From contig NC_068983.1 of NCBI RefSeq assembly GCF_001194135.2, forward strand, positions 100,805,864 through 100,869,863: a stretch of DNA of 64,000 nucleotides. The letters are read 5' to 3'. The stretch is from Octopus bimaculoides (Eukaryota). This document shows, in pieces, positions 15,201-29,500 of the stretch (positions are counted from its first letter, which is position 1; each line of letters begins with the position of its first letter). Under the pieces are notes generated by a model that worked only from the letters and a program-made list of their open reading frames with translations, was not told the DNA's origin and made no database searches. The position numbers and the translations under genes were made by a program.

Positions 15201-17525
15201 CTTCAGTCAAACTGTCTGACCAATGCCAGTATGGAAAGTGAATGTTAAATGATGATGATGATGTATAACATCCAGCATGCCTATTACTTGCTTATTATTT
15301 AACATTCTCTGCTATCTTTGATGCTAATAACTTTGTTTTTATCCTTCTTTTATCCAGTGTGTGAAAGCTCTTGTTTTCAGTGACTGTGGGAATGGTAAAT
15401 TGAATATTGATGCTGTAAATGATGCTGGAGATACTGCATTACATTTAGCTGCCAAATGGGGATATGGTAAGATTCACATATTTTATAAAATTTATAGTTA
15501 TCATCATTATTCTTGTTTTGATAATACTTTTCTTATGGTAATATTTGTTGAATGTAAGGTGGCGAGCTGGCAAAAACGTTAGCATGCCGGACAAAATGCT
15601 TAGCGGTATTTCGTCTGTCTTTACATTCTGAGTTCAAATTCTGCCAAGGTCGACTTTGCCTTTCATCCTTTCGGGGTCGATTAAATAAGTACCACTTATG
15701 CACTTGGGTCGATGTAATCAACTTAATCCCTTTGTCTGTCCTTGTTTGTCCCCTCTATGTTTAGCCCCCTGTGGGCAATAAAGAAATAAATATTTGTTGA
15801 ATGCGTTTGCCATATAGCATATTATTACCTATCTAGCCATAGAAAAATCTTTCTGAGCCATTGCAAGCATGGAAAAGTGAATATTCTTTTTTACTCTAGG
15901 CACAAGGCCTGAAATTTTTGGGGAGGGGGCCAGTCAATTAGATCGACGCCAGTACACAAGTGGTACTTAATTTATCAACCACAAAAGGATGAAAGACAAA
16001 GTCGACCTTGGTGGAATTTGAACTCAGAATGTAAAGACAGAAAAGTGAATATTAAATTAACAATGGTGGTGATAATTTTTTAATAAAAGCTGGGATCAGA
16101 ACCCTTGGACTTTTAGCTCATAGGCTGCTGATATTAATATAGTTTTGGTCGCTTAAAATGTTTGAACGTATATAGAAATAGGCAGTTCTATATAGCTGCA
16201 AATATCATCCTCATCACCAGCATTTAACATGTTTTCCATGCCAGCATATTCTGTTTTCGCCTGGTTTCTACGGCTAGATGTCCTTCCTAATGCCAGCCAC
16301 TTTACAGAATGTACTGAGTACTTTTTATGTAGCACCAGTGCTTTTTATGCAGCTCCAGAGAAATAATTGAGCAAAGTATTTAGTGCAAGGCCTGCAGAAG
16401 TCATAAGAGGTGATGAAGTATGTGCACTTGGTGATCTAGAGCAGAGGTGGTATATAGCTTGCTAGTTAAGAATCTGTTGTAATAGTGGGAGAAAAGATAA
16501 GGTGAAAAAGGCATGTCCATATTTCGTTTTGGGTTTGCAAGATTCTTTATGCGAGTTCGTGTGTTGAAGCATATTCTGTTGTGTCTGGCAAGAGTCATTT
16601 TCTTTTATGCCTTATAATTTAACACATTCACCAGTAAAATTTCCACTTATTTCTTTTTTATTTTTCTAAAATTTTTGTTGCGTCTTGCAACCTTTTCAAT
16701 AGTTTTGACTCAAAACTATTGAAAAGGTTGCAAGAAGCAATGAAAATTTTAGGAAAATAAAAAAGAAATAAGTGGAAATTTTACCGGTGAGTGTGTTAAA
16801 TTATAAGGCACCAAAAGAGAATGACTCTTCCCCCAGACAACGGCATATCCATAGTTTAGTGGTAATAGCATACTGGTGAATGAGTTTTACCAAGTGTTAG
16901 ATGTGTCTATAGTAACACCACCATCCAAAATGTATGCAGTATTTTCATGGGATTGTACTTTAGCTTTGTAGACTCAACAGTTAATCATTGCTGAGGTTTT
17001 TGGAACCTTCAAGAGAAACCAAATGTTTGTGTTGTGGTACTATATATGAGGCTGCCATCAGAAATCATTTGATTTGATGTTATTTTGACAGTTTCAGCTG
17101 AATATCCCTGCAAACAGAGAATGTAGTACAAGACTGTTTACTTGAGATCTATAGTGATTACATCTTCATGATGTTATGACTAGATTGTATTATTCTCATT
17201 GGAGGATTTTCTCATGTTCTTTGATGATTTGACTTGTCCATTTTATAATTGTGGTGTTTTTGGGGTTTTTGATTTCTTCCAGAGAACATTGTGGAAACTC
17301 TAATAGAAAATAATGCTCGCACAGACATTCGTAACAGGAAAAAGCAATTCCCCATGAATTGTGCCCACAATACTCATATCCAGCAATTATTGTTAAGTGC
17401 CCCGACAGACGAAATGAGGCAGAGTTATTATGCTGGCCGAGTAAGTAAAATTTGTACCTTTCTTTATAGAAAGCTCCTTTGTAACTGATCATGTGTATGC
17501 AGAAAAATGTTTGTGTGTATATGTA

Positions 17526-17583
<58 letters not shown>

Positions 17584-20500
17584 TATATGCGTGTGTGTAT
17601 TTCTGTCTGTAGAATTGAAAATTTCCTTTAACAAAAAGCCAGTTACACATTTTTGTATATTCAAACTGATTCTGTTTGATATGATAAATATGAAGTTTGG
17701 GTTCCTGTATTAGTTTGTCACAAAGTTTTCTCTTGTTTCAAATCATTATATACTTTATTTTTGTTTCCTTTACAGTATTCTCCAGAACGTAAGACTGTGC
17801 CATTATATTCATCTTCTATAGCTACATCCTCTGTTTCCAGTTCAAATTTGTACGTTGAACAGTCTCAGACTGCTATCAATTCTAAATATAGACAACAGGA
17901 AAAATTATTCAAGGCTATTAAAAACCATGATGTGCAGTTGGTAAGACTCTTGCTGGATTTGATTTTCATTCTTGCATTTTAATATTTCACTTCGGCATTG
18001 TGATATTAATAACCTGATGTAGAACTCAATAGATGCATGCTTCTGAATGACATGACATTAGTTGAGTATAGAGTGGTAAGAAAAAAGAGATAAAGAATTA
18101 TTCTTTTGTCATCTCTTTTTTTTCTTAAATTGTTTCAGTTGATTGTACTGCTCCTCTACAAAAATTGATTTTATATAAAGAAATCAATATTTGTATTTGA
18201 GATTTTATTAATGATCTACAAAATTTCTTGGTTTTGTTTGTTTTATATAATTACTACAATTTACCTTTCTCTTCAGGTTCGTTTCTACCTCGGGTTGTCA
18301 AGTGATTCTGAAAATAAACTAAAGACACAGCAGAGTTTGGATTCTGCAATGGGTATTGAAAATCTCTGCCATCCACTTTGTCAGTGTGAAAAATGTGCTG
18401 TCTTACAACAGGTAGAGTGATATTTCTGTTCTCTTTATCCAGTAACTTAAAATTCTCTTCTGTTTGTAGTTGAATAAACTTAAAACAAAGTTATACATGT
18501 GTGTACCTGATGTGTGCATATGTGTCGAGTAGCTTGCATGCAATATAAATTTCATTTTAAACTGCACTGTATTTTAAAATGGTTGAGACTAACTTTCAGA
18601 ATGGTATGTGAATGAAAATTTGTCTTAAAAGTTCTTCTTTTAATTAGCAACTATTTGTCATAGATTTTTCTTGAGAAATCATAATAGTTACTACTCATTC
18701 AAAATATTCAATGACCCCTTGGCTGAAATAGAACAGATTGCCTTTAACTCTTTAGTGTTTAAACCAGCCATATCTGGCCCAAATATTCTATGTTTTATAT
18801 TCAAACTGGCTATATCTAGCCTCTCACACATAACCTACATTGACATTTTAAATTTAAACAATCACATCATTGAAACCTCAAAGCTATAAGATAATGCATG
18901 ATTAATTCAAAACAATTTGAGTGAAAAAATATTACATTTAACATAGTAATCTAAACACTAAAGGGTTAATAGGATATTCTTGCAGTAATTGGACCAGGAG
19001 TCATAGTTATTAGTTCATGGTAGTCAGTTTGACTAGCTTCATACTATTATTATATGTTTGTTCCCTTCTTCAAGATTTTGTTTTTGCTATAGACTCACTA
19101 CTGAAGCAGTCAGTAAATTTAATTTCCTGAGTGATTGATGTTAGATGTAACATAGTGGCAGGGTTTGAGGCAGCCAAAAGTTTAAAGGAACTACTTTTCC
19201 TGTTAGCATCAAAGATTTCTTCATAAAGGCAGACTATGTAATACATTCATTAAGTGTGATATTGTGCAGCAGTGAAATGTGAATGACAGACTTATATGAT
19301 ATACAAGACTTTTAGTAATGTTGGAAAGCTGCAAGGAACTGAAAAAGGCCAGATTTTAACTACAGGCCACCAGAAGCATGCAGAAGATTTTTATTCAGAT
19401 TTTATAAGCAGATATTTAATACTTTATACTTGATTATTAAAATTCTACTGTGCAGTGATTGGGAAAGGAATGTGTTGAATACGGTCTGATGAGAGAAAAT
19501 TTGGGTTTTACAGAACAGATAAATATTTGAATATCTAAAGCATCAACTACTAAACCAAAGTGATATAGACATATTTTGTGAATAAAATATACATATTGGA
19601 TGAAAAAAATGTGAAGTGACTGAATTATAGAGGACATATCAATTTGAAGATTGAGAAAACCTGGAAGTGTGCTGTTTGAGTGATGATTGAGGATTGAGAA
19701 GAATTTTCAGATTTACCAAGCTGGTGCTTGCTTGGAAAAACTGACTTGAGTCAATGATGTTGGTGAAAGGCAGTAATTCCATTGATGTTGGCATAACCAC
19801 TGAACAAATATACAGCTTTATTGCCTAATTCTTTTTCTCTCTATTTAGTAATGTTTGATAAAATGGGAATGCAATGTTGCTTTTGCACTGATAAACACAC
19901 TACAATTTTATATTATAAAAGAGAAGCTGATCTCCATCTATCTCTCTGTAACAACATCTGTGTAGAGAGAGAGAAGTCAGAGAGAACAAGTTGTTTTTGA
20001 GAGAGAAATAAAGTGAAAGAAAGTGTAAAAGATAGATAAATAGGTAGTGTTGTCACCATAGTAACTAACAAGTTTTGATTAAGAATGTAAGAATTTTATG
20101 TGCAAGTCTGTCAACTCAATGCAATACAGGCTTCAGAAAAAGACTATATTATGCATACATATATATATATATATATATAAACAATATATGAGTATATGCA
20201 TATATATGTACATGTATGTACATACCTTCATCTACATGTACATATAGATACATAACTGGGTACATGACGTGGCAAAAGAACATGGACAAAATGATAAACA
20301 AGGTACAACAAACAAGCAAGCCACATAGAAACATCTCCTTCATCAGCTGCCACCATTAAAACACCGGCGTTTCGAAGAATTAAGGCAGTACGCATCGTTG
20401 AAATGATTCTTCCGACAAACACAAATTAAATTGGAAAACGAAACGGTGAATGAACAAACAAGCAAAAAGGCTGTACAGCCAGATGTGAAGTGTGTATGTA

Positions 20501-23500
20501 TTGAACGCTGTGAAGCACGAACAGGAGGGGCAAAGAAGTACGTGCGAGCTTGGGGAGTCCAAGAACGAAAAGAAATAGCAGCCGGACACACGTGACCAAG
20601 GCTGTGTAAAGAGAGAGAGTAAGAGTAGCAGAGGGAAAAGAAGGGGAGGAAGTAGAATAAATGTGAGCAACGAGAGGTAGAGAGAGAGAGAGAGAGATAG
20701 TAGTAGTAACGGTGAGAGGCGAAGGACAAGTAACAAGAGAGAGAGAGATAGTAGTGACAGGTAGAGGCGAAGAACAGTAGAGGGAAGAATGAGAGGGGGA
20801 GATAGATATAGAGATAGAGAGAGTCGCGTTAGAAAAATAGTTAAAACTTACTGTATAAAGGTTAACGCGTGTGTTCTGTTGTGATACAAACAATATATGA
20901 GTATATGCATATGTATGTACATACCTTCATCTACATGTACATATAGATACATAACTGGGTACATGACGTGGCAAAAGAACATGGACAAAATGATAAACAA
21001 GGTACAACAAACAAGCAAGCCACATAGAAACATCTCCTTCATCAGCTGCCATATATATATATATATATATACACACACATAATATAGTTATTTTGTTTGT
21101 GTGTGTGTGTGTTTCAACACAGACAATGCCACACGGACTTTAAAAAAAGATTTTTACTTTGAACAATTTATGAAGGTACGTGCATGATTAACAAATATTT
21201 TTACCAGCAGCATAGTGATGAGTAATGACCTAGTTTTACATTAGAATTCAACATCCAAGGAAAATAATGATGTCTGCATTAGTAAAAGTCAATCATGGTA
21301 AAGTTCCTTTGCCATGGAAAGTGTAAAGCATTTGTTAATCTGTCGCCAGCCTAAGTGATAATACTATTTTTTTCCCTCCTTTCCTTTTTTTTTCATATCC
21401 TAAGCAAGACTTGATATATTGGACTAGACCCTTCTCACAGCAGATCATTCCTAATACAATTTTATTTGAAATATAGTTTTGTGGTCATAACATGCCCATG
21501 TTGACAATAGCCTAATAATTATCTCTCTCTTTCTCTCTCTCCCTCTCTCTCTCTCATTTAATCCTTTAGCATTCAGAATTTTCTGTCCGATGTAAAGCTT
21601 ATTTATTCAGATTGTTTTGAATTAATTATGCATTATCTCATACTTTTGAGAATTCAATGATGTGGCTTGCATTTTTAGAATGACATTGTAGAGTAGGTGT
21701 GAGAGATCAGATCTGGCTAGGTTGACTGTAAAACAGATAAATATATTTGGGTTGAATATTGCTGGTTTAAATGCTAAAGGCTTAAACACTACTGCTGTCA
21801 ACCTCACCTAAAGTGTCTGTCAAGCACTGAGATTTTTATCAATTATACCCCACCTCCCTCCAACAATGAAAATTTACTTTGTGCTAATGTTAGAAATCAA
21901 TGTTTTAATATTTTTGTAAATTACAAAGGAAAAAGAATAACAAACATTAGTAGGTGAAAATATTTTTTTAAGTAGCGTATCACAACCTGTTGTTTATTTA
22001 TGAAATTCAGTTCAAAGTAGAATGGAAAAACATTTTTTTTCTCTTTTATTCTCAATCTCTTTTCTCTCTCTCATATGTAACGAATAATGAATTTTATAAT
22101 GTATGTTAGAAACTGAAGTATTTCTTATCAAACCTAAGGTTTGGTCTACATTACAGCCAGAAATGAGACAAAATCTATTTTTCCAATCCAATTTTCTTTG
22201 AAATGTTTCACCATAATTATTTCTTCCTTGTACTTAGAAGAACGTTCTGTTATAGGCACTAAATATATTATCCTCAATGCAAGACTGACAATTAAACAAT
22301 GTCATTATTCAGTACCATGTCTGCCATAGAATTATATAAACCATCTTCATTAAAATATTTCTAGTGGATTTCATTTTTTTTTATATATTATTGTGTTTTA
22401 AAATTAGTTTAGAATTTCTTGTTTTTATTTGCAACTTATAGACATTGGTTGTGCCAGTTGTAGATATTTTAAGAAGGCTTGTTTGCTTTTTCTCTTTTAT
22501 GTACTTTTTTTTTATTTATTTCAATGTTATTTGCGAATGCAAGCATGCATTTAAAGTAGATATATTGCAGCACTAACCAAATTGCATTTTTCCTTCAGTC
22601 TTTAAAAGAGCTGCTATCTCAAGGATATGTAAGTAACATTGTGCAACTGTGGTTCAATGTGTTTTCATTACTAGGCAACTGCATGACACTTCCATTGCCT
22701 CTCCCTTTTCATATAATTTGTCTTTTGTTGTAAACATCATTCACCCATACTCTTCTCATTTAGTAGTTAAAGTACTTGACCAAATATTCTAGTTTTTACA
22801 GCAGAAATAATAAGCATACAATTTATTTTTATTATTTACCTTGAAAATAAATTGCAAATGATAAACTATTTTCCATTGTAGCAGGAGATTATCACTTTAA
22901 GCTGATCCACATTGTGAAGTAGAATTTAAGTTAGAAAAACTTCTGTTTAATCAAATAGAGTTAAGTTCCGTTGTCATATTCAGTTTGTTTTATAATTAAT
23001 ATATCTATCTTACAAGTCTGTACTAATATATTTTATTCATAGTGTATGTCACCATCCCAAAGTAATTTTTTTCTTAATTATTTTTGTACAATACTTTGTC
23101 CATCTTTGAAATAGCGTGGTCTTTGGTCAAGGCACTTTGTTACTGCTCTCCAGTAAAAGTGCTTCTCTTATTGCTTTCAATACTAACATTTTACCTTCAA
23201 ACTGACATTGATGGAAATGATTATCCTATATCTCATTTCTCTAAAACACTATAGAACTGCCAGCATGAGTGACTACACTTTCTTATATGTTGCACTTGTA
23301 TTTCTCGCCATGTTCTGTTGCATATGTTTCCCCTCAATGTTTACATACTTCTAAGAAGAAACTTAGACAAAATATCATTCTTCACCTTGAAAGATTATGT
23401 GTTGGGATTTGAAGAACAGTTTGTCTTTCAACAAATTAAACCTCTCTAGATTCTATACTTAGAATGAACTTTATGTATGTTCATGAAAAAGTCCAAAAAC

Positions 23501-26500
23501 TCATCTATTCTGTACTTATTCTCGACATCATATGTTGACAGTAGTTTACCTATGCTACCTATTACAGTCATTTGTTTTATCTTCATACCAAAGATAATAC
23601 TTGTCAGTGCCTGATATATCTCAGCTAACCAAACTGAGGATTGAAAGTTGAGCAGATAATCAACTTAATTTCTCATGTTTTTATCTATATTCTATTTCAA
23701 TCAACAAGCACCACATTTTTACATTATTTCAGATTAAGATTGAATAAACAAACTTTAGTTCTATTCATAGGGTTCACCATTCTTATCTATGATGCTACTG
23801 TGTACTGCTGTTAGCTTAAAACCTTTTGTCCATTGATCTTGTTCATTGTTGTTAGTTGAACACATGTTCATTTATCTTGTTCATTGAATCATTGTATACA
23901 GATGTCAGTTTAATACATTGTTTATCTTACAAATAATGCATTGTGTACTGCTGTGAGCTAGTGTAATATGTTCTGTTCATTGATGTAAACTATACTTTAT
24001 ATAAACCATCATTGTTCTGTTCTCTGTAAATTTATACTTGTCTAACTATCCACACTGTACACTCATTTCAAATTGCCATGTCAACTTAATGTAAAATATT
24101 CTGTAGAAATTCAGGAATTAGGTTTGTAATTTTGCTTAAATCCTTTGAGTACATTATAAGAAATATTGATCACTTCAAACTATAACTTGCCACTTATATT
24201 TTTGAATAAAAGGTATATATACATCTAATAGCAAACTAGTGATGATGATATCAATTATATATGCTGAAAATATCAAATTTTCTATCAACCGAAAACCTGG
24301 CTTGAAATTTTAGAATACTATATAAAATGTTTTTGTTAATTTAGGCTTCTAGCTCTTTTTTTAATTTATGAAAGAACTTTTCAAATTAATTTTCATGTGT
24401 AATATTGTTGCATTGTATTGTGCCCCTGTTCATGGCACATTTATATTCCTGCCATGGAAAGCTCTTAGTTAATTGGGTTTTTTTTTTTTTTTTAAAAAGA
24501 AGAAAACACCTGATTTATCAAAAGCATTTTAAAAGATTTGTAGTAAGAACTTGGAAAAATATTTGCAAACAGTAAATTGAATAAATTTGCTTTGGACTAT
24601 TTTAATTATGAAATCAATATGTCATCATTTTATCTTTGTTTTTTCATATTTGCTTGGGTTGGATAGGTTTTCTCCAGACATCTTACCATTTGTTGCACTC
24701 CCTTGTCATCTCCCTCATGAGGATTCAGCATCGTGAGATCAGACTTCATCTTTTTTTCTGATATCTTCATCTTTTATAAGCTCCTTCCACTTGGATTGCT
24801 TGGCACTTCTTTGCCCAAATGTCATCCTTCATATACATCTTATGTCAGTATCAGCACACTATTGTTGATTCTTCTACCTAGTTTTTATCTCAACTCATTT
24901 GTACTCTACCCTTCATATGTACATCCTACAGAATATGCTCATCTTATTTCTTTTCAGCCTTCACATCTCTGCATTCAGTGTCCATGTACCATACAATATC
25001 ACACTTCATATACAAATATCATACAATCTGTCCTTCACTTGAGAGAATTTTTTTTGTTGCCAGTAGAGGTTACAGCTTCTTGAACTTATTCACTTCATTC
25101 TTACTCTGGCTACTGTAACCTCTGTACCTCACTTTTGCTGCCAAATTGGTTATCTAGGTAACAGAAGTTGTCAACTACTTCAAGGTAGCATTCTAGGCTA
25201 CATATGGATGCTATGAGTGCAAACTACTGCATATCATCCATATACCATTGTTTTCTGTCAGTCTATAAGTAATCCCACTGCATCTCTTGTGCACCCATAG
25301 TTTACATGATATAGACTTTCCATCTACACCAGTCATGAGCAAACTGCAACCTGTAGGACTTTCTGAATGGCAACCAATGCAAAAATTACCTTGCATTTCT
25401 TTAGTAGTGTGACTCACCTCATAACGAGCCATGTCTCATGCAACCTGTTTTTTAAAAAAAGTTGCCCATACCTGATCTACACCTTTTAGTGCATATCAAA
25501 CATGGCCACTTCTCAGATGGTATTTTTCTTGCTAAGACTATTGTCTTTGCTAGGTTGCCTTGATTTGATGTTCTACATCCAATGTAGAAATTTTTCTTCT
25601 TAGTCTTTGACTAATTTGGTGAAGAAAACTAGGACTTTGGTATACAACAGTGCTCACAGACACCTAGTTTTGAACTTCTTTATTACATTCTTGAGAACTA
25701 TAATATACAGGAGAGGGCTGAGACTTGATGGACTACTAATTCATGCTGTTACTTGATGGGGCTGGGTCATCCCAGGTTAGTGGTTCCAGAGACATTATGC
25801 ATAGAGCTGACCAGATCCACCAGTGCTCTCTATTGCTGGCAGTCCCATGCTAGCCCCTCTGCATCCTCCAAAGTGACATCGAGGACAGACAACTACCTGT
25901 GTTCCAAAATCCTTATTGAACTCAAAGAGATGGCTAGAAGTACTTTCAAATAAGCCAAAAAGATGAAAAGAAAATGAGATAAAATGTATATCAGGTTTGT
26001 ACTTGTAACTACTCAGTAATGAAGTGGGCAGTTGATTGAAATATGTACAGATCAACTTTTGAGAAGCTAACTTAAATAAGAGGTTTAATGACTGAATAGC
26101 AAGGTACTGTACTAGTAACCTAATAACTATCTGTTGAAATATTCTTTTTGGCATTCTATTTTACATTTTACTTTCTAGCTATAAATTGGTTGTGCTCATA
26201 TTTTACTGTTGAGTAAATAATACTCATTTACATTTGTTGTAATTGCTTTAACAGTTCATGCAAATTTGTGAATTTTCAGAACCATTCAACTTCTCTATAC
26301 AGATTGTTAGTGTTTTTCAAGTGAAAATTTTATTAACTAATGATTCAGGGCAGCAGAGATAGCTTGCACAGTAGAGAGCTAAGGTTAATCTTTTCTTTGT
26401 CTAGTTTTCTTTGTATCACCAGGGCTAAGTTCAATTTAAATCTATCTAGATTCAATGGAATTTCTAGTATCTGCAGTAAGGTACTGCAGCCAATTTTATC

Positions 26501-29500
26501 ATCAGTACTTCTTCCATTGCAAGATGAATTTTGTATCCAAAATAGTAATAATTATATATAATTGTGCATACAGTTTTAGCTATTTCATTTACTCTGTTAA
26601 TGCTTTTAGGAAGGGCATAAATATTACAACTCTCAGTTCTCTTCCCTGATGTCAGTACAACTGATCACTAGTTGATGGATAGTTCTTAAAGTTTTAGCAA
26701 TTTACTATTTATTACGTTGATGTAAAAAGGATAAATTAATGTATCTTGATATTCAAACATTTATTCATTATTGTTTTTATGTTTTAATGAAATGTAACAT
26801 GTCTAAGAGAAAGTTAGTTTTGTAGTTATAATGACCAGCTTCAGGCTTTTGCCACAAAGGCCAGTTGTTACATTTCATCTTTTGATCAAGTCAATTTAAC
26901 TCTTGTAACTTGGGTGAGAGACTGTATAGATGTGCAATCATGTCAATTACATGGAATTCAATTAGGAAAATCTCACATAAATTAAATAATTAAATACAGG
27001 CTGTCCTAGAATTAATTCTCTCTTTCATTAAAATCGGACAATTTTTTACAAATTCACTTTTATTTATGTTTATCATGTTTAATATGTGTTAAAAGTGTAT
27101 GAATTTTTTATTTTGTTTATAATTACCTCCACTTTAGCAAAGGCAGAGGTATTGTTTTCAGTTGTGTTTGTTTGTGTGTGGATAAGATATTTCAAGAAAC
27201 ACTGGATGGATTCATATGAAACTTTCAGAGATGTTTGGCCTTATAACTGGCATGAACTGATTAGATTTTGGGATTGATCTGGTACCGGACTAGGATTCTG
27301 GATTATTTTTCTGGGTTTTTTTTACTTAATTTTTGTGAACGTTTGGGTTCAGTTTTAGTATTCTCATTTGTGAGAGCAGTCAAGTTTATTTCAGATATTC
27401 TCCTTTTAAAAATCATCTCTTGCTAATCGTTGAGAGGATGTTGGTGTTGCCTTGGCAGAGGTTTGCGCTCTCTGAGTGCTCCTGTTGTTTTATAATTTTA
27501 TTTTCACTCGTGTTGGATCCCGCTTATCTGTCCATGACAACGATTTTTCACTTTGGCTGCAATCATTTTCTCAACCTCTATCCCCAGGATGGAGCAATAG
27601 TTTAGCTGAACTTAAAGAATGAATTCAGTTAGCAATGCAGGAGATAACTCCTGAAATGCTTCAAAATGTGTTTTGCAAAGCTAAGGATAGATTTACAGAT
27701 GGAGAACATGTTGAAAATTTTCGATAAAGTTTTGACATAAGATTTATAAATCTATTTGTTTTGGTATCATAATTAAGTAATAAACATAAAATTGTCAGTT
27801 TTTTAAAAAATTTGTCTGATTTCATTGAAATAGATAGTTAACTCTGGGACATCCTGTATATTAAATAAATAAAAAGTATGATGTTTTTTTTCCATCAAGC
27901 TATCCTTATCTGTATAAAATTACTGGCCTGAAAAGGCATATTGTATTTTCTTTCTTAAATCTTTCATATTTTCTTTATTTTAGAAGTTAGCAAAGAAACA
28001 GAATGACATCGATGTTAACAAGCACAATTGTCAAGGACTCACAGCTCTTCATTTAGCAGTCCAAGGGAACAGCTTAGAATTAGCAAAAACTATGCTGGAA
28101 GCAGGGGCACACATTAACTCTTTGTCAGAGGATGGTTTTACTCCACTTCATTTGGCTTGCATGAATGATGATATAGAGGTGAAGAATTTACTATATTACC
28201 ATTATCATAATCACCATCATCTGCATCACCTTTTTTAGTATTTTCTTGCCTTTGATAAGGAATAAGTTTCTTTATTAAAAGACAAGAATTCTTCAACCTC
28301 AGAATGTTATATACTAGCTGAATGACCCGGCATTACCCAGGCTACTGCTGTTCTTATTCAGATTAGTATATAATAAATATGAAGATATATTCTCTTTACT
28401 CTTTAACTTGTTTCAGTCATTTGACTGCGGCCATGCTGGAGCACCGCCTTTAGTCGAGCAAATCGACCCCAGGACTTATTCTTTGTAAGCCTAGTACTTA
28501 TTCTATCGGTCTCTTTTGCCAAACCACTAAGTGATGGGGACATAAATACACCAGCATCGGTTGTATTTTATTAGAAAATATCCAAATTGTGATAATAGAA
28601 TTTCAAACTGAAAATCTGTCAATGTTGAGACACCTCAGAGTAAACAATATTCATTGTGTAACTTTTTGTTGGTGTCAAAATAAATTGTTGCTGCTTCCAA
28701 CTCGCAATCAAGCAACATAGAGTTGGTTTGCGGGAGAAGCATGTAGTAGAGAGATCAAGTGCAACTACTTAGAGGGATTAACCCTGAGATTTGTTAATTG
28801 AAATACCAAAACTTAGTTTGACTGGAAACTGAAGTGGCTTAAATTCAAATGGAACATTTGTAGGTATGAGAGGAATTTTTGGAATAAAGACATTTTCTCC
28901 TTTGTAACCACCAGTTACGATTGTTGCCTGTGAGACATGGGGCTTCATGGAAGTAACAATATAGCAAGTTCCATTACACAGGTGAGATGGGTCAAGATTG
29001 ATAAGCAACATAATGGGAGCACCCAGTTTTAGTATCAAGTTATGCGATGGCATCCCAGTTTTCAGACATTCAACAGGATATTGAACAACCTGATATCAAT
29101 CGACTACTGTCAATTGATTGAAAGGTCATTTCTGATGTATTTGTTAACTTTTGAAGAAATTTATGATTAAGTTTATCAACCATTGCATTAGTTGGAGTTA
29201 GTATAGCTCTTTCACATAGCCACATGAGTGTAATTGACAGATAAATTAGGAAATACTTTATCCATAAGATCCCTAAGAGAAAGTATCATTTGACCACATG
29301 TAATTTCATGTAGCTGAAGTCTTGGGTTGAATGTTAATATCCCATTACCAATCTTTAGAAGCTTGTATGATCACCTTGTAGAAGTACTTTGATGTTACTT
29401 GTAAGATGAAGTTTTTTCACATCGCCAAAGGTAAGATTTTTTGAAGCATGTATTGACCTCATCAGCTTTTGATCCATTGGGGATAACTGGCAACTTTTGA

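Noticed and set aside
20343-20893. Three overlapping 118-155-aa minus-strand ORFs
   Set aside because: Low-complexity translations of (CT)n-rich repeat sequence with no domain signal
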